DNA of 64,000 nucleotides from Ophelia neglecta (lineage: Eukaryota), in contig OZ260664.1 of assembly GCA_965285935.1 (NCBI GenBank), positions 61,380,001 to 61,444,000 on the forward strand, written 5' to 3'. How positions within the stretch are numbered: the stretch's first letter is position 1; the number at the start of each line of letters is the position of its first letter. This document shows, one piece after another, positions 41,820 to 64,000 of the stretch. The notes beneath the pieces are model-generated. The model made no database searches. It saw only the letters and a list, made by a program, of their open reading frames with translations, and was not told the DNA's origin. The position numbers and the translations under genes were made by a program.

Positions 41820-42462
41820 TGTCGTGACGTCACACCATTGTTCATGCAGTGGATTCGGAAGTACAAATCCACTAGAGACAGTAGATTCGTAAACTCTTTA
41901 AGTAGATTCGTGCATACGAATCCACTGCAGACTACAAGAAACGGTTTCTACTTTACCTTTTTCATGGATTTATTTGCTTCACCACACGGAGGCTCTGTGT
42001 ATGCATCAAACTCCGCAAATCTTGTGTCGCCGAGGTTTAGGAGACTTTCAGCTGCTTCGGCTGCATAGGTGGAATCGAAGGTTTTATCCAAAGGGCTAAT
42101 CTGGGTGAGCCACATATCGCTCTCACTGTTTGATTCCATTTTTACAACGTAGCAGAACTTCTAGACGTGATCCGTTCACCTTCAAGTTTCATACTAAATT
42201 GCGGGCCGGTGTAAAGCACACATGCACTGAAATACATAAAAAATTACAATTATTGTCTAGCGTACCTATCCCTGACTGACGAAGTTATATAAACCAGAGT
42301 TGAACTCCGTGATTGGCTCAAATATAGACTTCTTTGGAATATTTTAAGTTAGAGAATGGCCTCGTTAACAGTGGATTCGTAGAACAAAATAGCCTCGGCG
42401 GTACCGAGCCTCGACAATTCGGATATACGAATCCACTGTTACTCGTCCATTCTCCCTATTAC
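41820..42462 (-). mobile_element. Putative non-autonomous DNA element with nested inverted repeats (Crypton-like architecture, tentative)
   Basis: IR TAACAGTGGATTCGTA (42366-42381) / TACGAATCCACTGTTA (42426-42441), extended by GAGAATGG/CCATTCTC. The same CAGTGGATTCG motif forms another IR at 41845-41857 / 41917-41929. Between them lies the short ORF 41948-42139. Confidence 0.45.
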
Positions 42463-44124
42463 GTAACCATGACTGGAGCTAGTGATTATTATAAACTTTT
42501 TTATCCTCCTCGAGTGATGAGATTATTCGAATCTTATTTCAGTTATGTTCGCTTTGTATGGAAATATATGTGTAGAAGATAGTGGCCCCATTAACGGCTC
42601 TCAGTAAACTAGACGACTATATGTAGTTCGTGTTTTTTACATTCAGCAAACGATGGATATAATTAAATAACGGATCATCAATACAGTCTCGTATAAATAC
42701 ATGATTATCCCCTACTTTGTTACCCCAAAGAGGGGCCCTACCAGGCAGGGACCACTGTATTAAATACTTCCAAAAAAATAACCGAATATTGAAAAAAGTA
42801 TACTTTTTCCAATCAATTTCTATAAAACATATTTTTGTAGTTGAATCTACTTGCTGGGCTGGCAAAGTCATAAATAATAGATAATGGAACATATTTAATC
42901 TACATAAAATGCACCAAGTATTTGGTGCGAACTATAAAAGCTTTCGAAACATACTATTAGACCACGCAAGTTAACTTAATACCAAACACAGTTCACCCGT
43001 TGACATTTCACCTAATATAATATCTTCTGCAATATTCAAACACCTTATCAGATATTTTCAAAAAGGCACAATCATATCAGCTAGACACGCCAAGCCAAGT
43101 TTTATGTCCATACTATTTGCAGGGACAGAACCATTTTCAGCTCCACTGCATTAACTGAACCAACACGTTAATCTCCTCTGTGGAGGCCGAGAGTGGCAAA
43201 TATAACAAACAACCTGCGGTGAATTTAAACATAAGCCGATTATTAGTTATAAGTAACATTTTCTATAGAATTCTTTACGCCTTTCAACTCAGCTGTATAT
43301 GATATGATTCAAAGCCAATGCAGTTGTTCAGTTCTCAACATGCCATGATCTGATATGTATGGTTCCTACCCCGCTTAGAGGAGGTCTGTGAAACCTGCGT
43401 GTTATCAATCAACAGTCAACTTAATTATTCTGTAGGCGCCCATAAAAAGCTCGACATAACTAAAGTAAGTAATTATCTAATAGTTACGATAATATAACAC
43501 AACCTTAACTAATATTCCTAAGATAAAGTATGAAGTTTGTGAAATAAAACATGTTATTATTGCTTGTCGACTTGGGGTAGTTATAAATTTATAATCCCAT
43601 AGTGCCACTAATACTCCTAAGGAGTTTGTATGTTGTGCTTGATGAAATCTTAACTAGCATTATTTATTGTAATACACCAAGACCGCGCTCCTGGCGTAAT
43701 ACCCAGACTAGCCGAGGTCTGGCGCTCCTGCAGGTCTAATACACAGAGACTAATCGGTAGGAGACTTTTCAGCGCCATACCTATGGCCAACTCTTCCATG
43801 GTTAACGACCAGAGCGACCGTTTAGTTCCTTAGTTATAAATTTGCCGAAGGGTTGAGTGGCTACTTGTGTAGGTCTAATTCAATATTCATAAGCTACCAG
43901 TGGAGCCGACAAGCATTTCAACTGTGGATTGCTTCATTTCTTAGTTACGGTCAACATGGCATAAGAAAATTTAATGTACACTTTGACATGTTGGCATTGG
44001 AATTGTTTCTTCATGAACACGCATGGATTAGTTCTAAAATGAAAACACCATTATTGCCTGTTTTTCGCCCGGGTATTTCTGTTTTGGATTCTTAAATTAT
44101 AGTTGGATAAAAATCCGTTTCATA

Positions 44125-45123
44125 ATGGAAAATCGAGACAACAATGAGCTGATAACCGAGCACGGTAAAATGTTTCAGATGACCATTCCGGTGAACGACC
44201 ACCGGCCGATGTTCAGCGACCCTCAAGCGGAGGAGGACCTGGACGTCCTGAGGAGGGCCTTGGGGGTGCAGACTGGCGGGCCCCACAGGGTGGCCACCCC
44301 GGACAAGGAGGCCATCATGGAGCTATCTGCCAGCTTCGACAAACGCAGGCTGAGGAAACAACAACAGCTCCTTCAGGACGTGGCCCAGAGGTGTCGGGTA
44401 CAGGAGGTCAACGACCTGTCAGGGGCTATCACCAAAAAATGCAAACTCAGCAAGTTTGAGAGCAAGCAGATACAACGGGAGAGTTTATTCCACAGTGGAC
44501 TATACAACACTACGAAGATGACCCTGTCAAAAAGGCAGAGCAGCGTGGATGGCTCCGAAAACAGAGAAAAAGAGAATAGCCCTCGCGACCAAGAGTTACC
44601 TAGCAGCCCGACATTCTTTGAAAGATCAAATACCATGTTCCCTTTGAGAGGAACCAAACGACAGGACCGTGGGGAAAACGTGCCTACCTCAAAAAGTCTA
44701 AGTAGATTACAGATCGGCTATACCAAAGGGGTACGCCCGGTCGATAGCTACCCCCGAGTGAGCCTCGCCAAGTCCAGAAGTATTAACGGTCCCATACAGC
44801 TCCGACACTACTTACAGCCACGCCTGGACCACTTGGCTCCTCTTATACTACCCAGTATAAGATACGTTGGCTATAAAAATGACCGTCTGGATAACTACAT
44901 GAACAGCAAGAAGTTATCTCTGGGTCCTCGGGTATCCCACGGACAAGGCAGGCATTCTCCGCACTACGACACCACCTCCCTCCCGCCTCCAGCACCACCG
45001 TCCTTGAGTAACACGAGCTACGGCCACTGGAACACCTCCAGGAGTGCCCTGGAAGTGGTCAACCTCCCTGCAGCCAGACGCGCCAAAAACGATGCTTCTC
45101 AGTCAAAGAACCACATGTCTTAG
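44125..45123 (+). CDS. Uncharacterised 332-aa protein, basic and Ser/Pro-rich, largely disordered
   Basis: A 999-bp ORF with coding-like GC enrichment in AT-rich flanks. There is a candidate acceptor AG at 44101-44102 with the frame open to it, and AATAAA signals near 45943-45963. No domain recognised. Confidence 0.7.
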   Translation: MENRDNNELITEHGKMFQMTIPVNDHRPMFSDPQAEEDLDVLRRALGVQTGGPHRVATPDKEAIMELSASFDKRRLRKQQQLLQDVAQRCRVQEVNDLSGAITKKCKLSKFESKQIQRESLFHSGLYNTTKMTLSKRQSSVDGSENREKENSPRDQELPSSPTFFERSNTMFPLRGTKRQDRGENVPTSKSLSRLQIGYTKGVRPVDSYPRVSLAKSRSINGPIQLRHYLQPRLDHLAPLILPSIRYVGYKNDRLDNYMNSKKLSLGPRVSHGQGRHSPHYDTTSLPPPAPPSLSNTSYGHWNTSRSALEVVNLPAARRAKNDASQSKNHMS

Positions 45124-46553
45124 AATCATACCTTTGTAAGATCACTCCTAGCAAGGTGTTATGCGGCCAACAGGGTCCCAAGCTGATAAATCATCCAGGT
45201 ATCTATTGACTGTCAGAAAGGGAGTCAAACTTGATCAAAATAGACATACATGTCTTCCACAGAATGTACTTTTCTCAAAAAATATTTTCCGTGGGCATAT
45301 ACAGAAGGGACAGAGGGCCACCATCACGACATGGCTGGTTGTCAGGTATTTCAGAAGACAGTGAGACATACACTATATATAATACATAATACTGTACAAA
45401 TTTTAGGAAAGACATTGGCTGGAAAGTGATGAGGGCGAAAACAAACTGCTGCAACATGTTTTAAAGCTTGCTTATTCTAGAAAATATTTTCATGACCAAT
45501 TCTAGGGTAAAACCAAAACCAGTATTATTATTTAAATCAATAATTTATTTACAGTTCATTCATATAATGTATGCTTTGATTATAACAACAAAAAACATGC
45601 ACAGCATATATTTATATACAAACCCAGTATTCGACTTTCAAATTGCATGCGAGAAATGCACTTGCACTCGACAATGATGTTATGATATGTGACAATGGTA
45701 GTTTAACATGTGACAATGATCTTTTATTAAGATAATATAGAGGACATGTATTATACATTTCTAGCAGGCCAAACTGTGATATTTCTATGCATTTCATATT
45801 GTAGATATCTTCTTATTTATATTCATAAACGTATTTAATTCTTGGGTTTTATGATATTGATTATGTTAATTTATTCTTAGTGTAAATATGTATATACAGA
45901 TTGATAATTGGTTACATGGACACGACTAGTTGATTAGGTATTAATAAATACTTGTATAAATAAACATACATTAGTCAATGCCTGTGTTTATGACTTCCCT
46001 CAAATAGAGAAAATTATACTGTAAACTGATTTATTGAATTATGACAGACACAATGGAAATGTTAAATTCTGAGTTAAATGTAGGTTGTTTAAATAGTAAC
46101 AAACATATCATATTAACATTGCAGAGTTGACCTACAATATAATTTGCCATAACAGGTGTAAGGGCCTGCATTATGTATCCACATATACTGGTGAATTTAA
46201 CACTGAAACGAGAGGGTTGTGAAACAGATGGAAGTTCAAATCATACATACTTACATGGAAGAATATTGAAATGGAGAAATGTGTGATAGAAATAACTCAG
46301 AGAATGTCAGGCGATAATTATAATAGTCAGAAAGTAATCTAAACAATATCCCTTTCCATTAGTTACAATAACAACAAAATATGTAAATAGAAACGGCCTA
46401 AACAAATGAAGACTATTTGGGTTTATCATCAAAAACAACCATTGTAGACTCATAACGATATAATATAATTCAAGAATAAATTCATTTTCTATTGTATAAG
46501 TCACATTGTGCAAATCAAAACACAGTAAAATCAATCAAACAATATAGGTGATT

Positions 46554-64000
<17,447 letters not shown>

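Overview
AT-rich genomic DNA from an invertebrate animal (protein style suggests a lophotrochozoan such as a mollusc; this is inference). The right third holds the 3' 22 exons of a DNA polymerase theta (POLQ) gene on the minus strand (46554 to beyond 64000). I traced these through GT-AG junctions with consistent phase. The largest POLQ intron appears to contain a spliced antisense gene (+ strand, CDS 51113-51224 and 51728-52137, 173 aa) resembling a stand-alone TRADD-N-like domain protein, with a stop codon that falls in a 35-bp minisatellite. A 57-bp tandem repeat gives one POLQ polymerase-domain exon four identical, in-frame splice donors. The window also has an SK/KCNN Ca2+-activated K+ channel with an intronless CDS (28143-29486, +), an unrecognised 332-aa ORF convergent with POLQ (44125-45123, +), and a ~4.9-kb 25-bp satellite with higher-order structure (14167-19025). 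Mobile elements include an intact-looking Harbinger-type MITE, Tc1/mariner-type MITEs, and decayed Penelope and CR1/L2-type LINE fragments. All homology calls are by eye; no searches were run.
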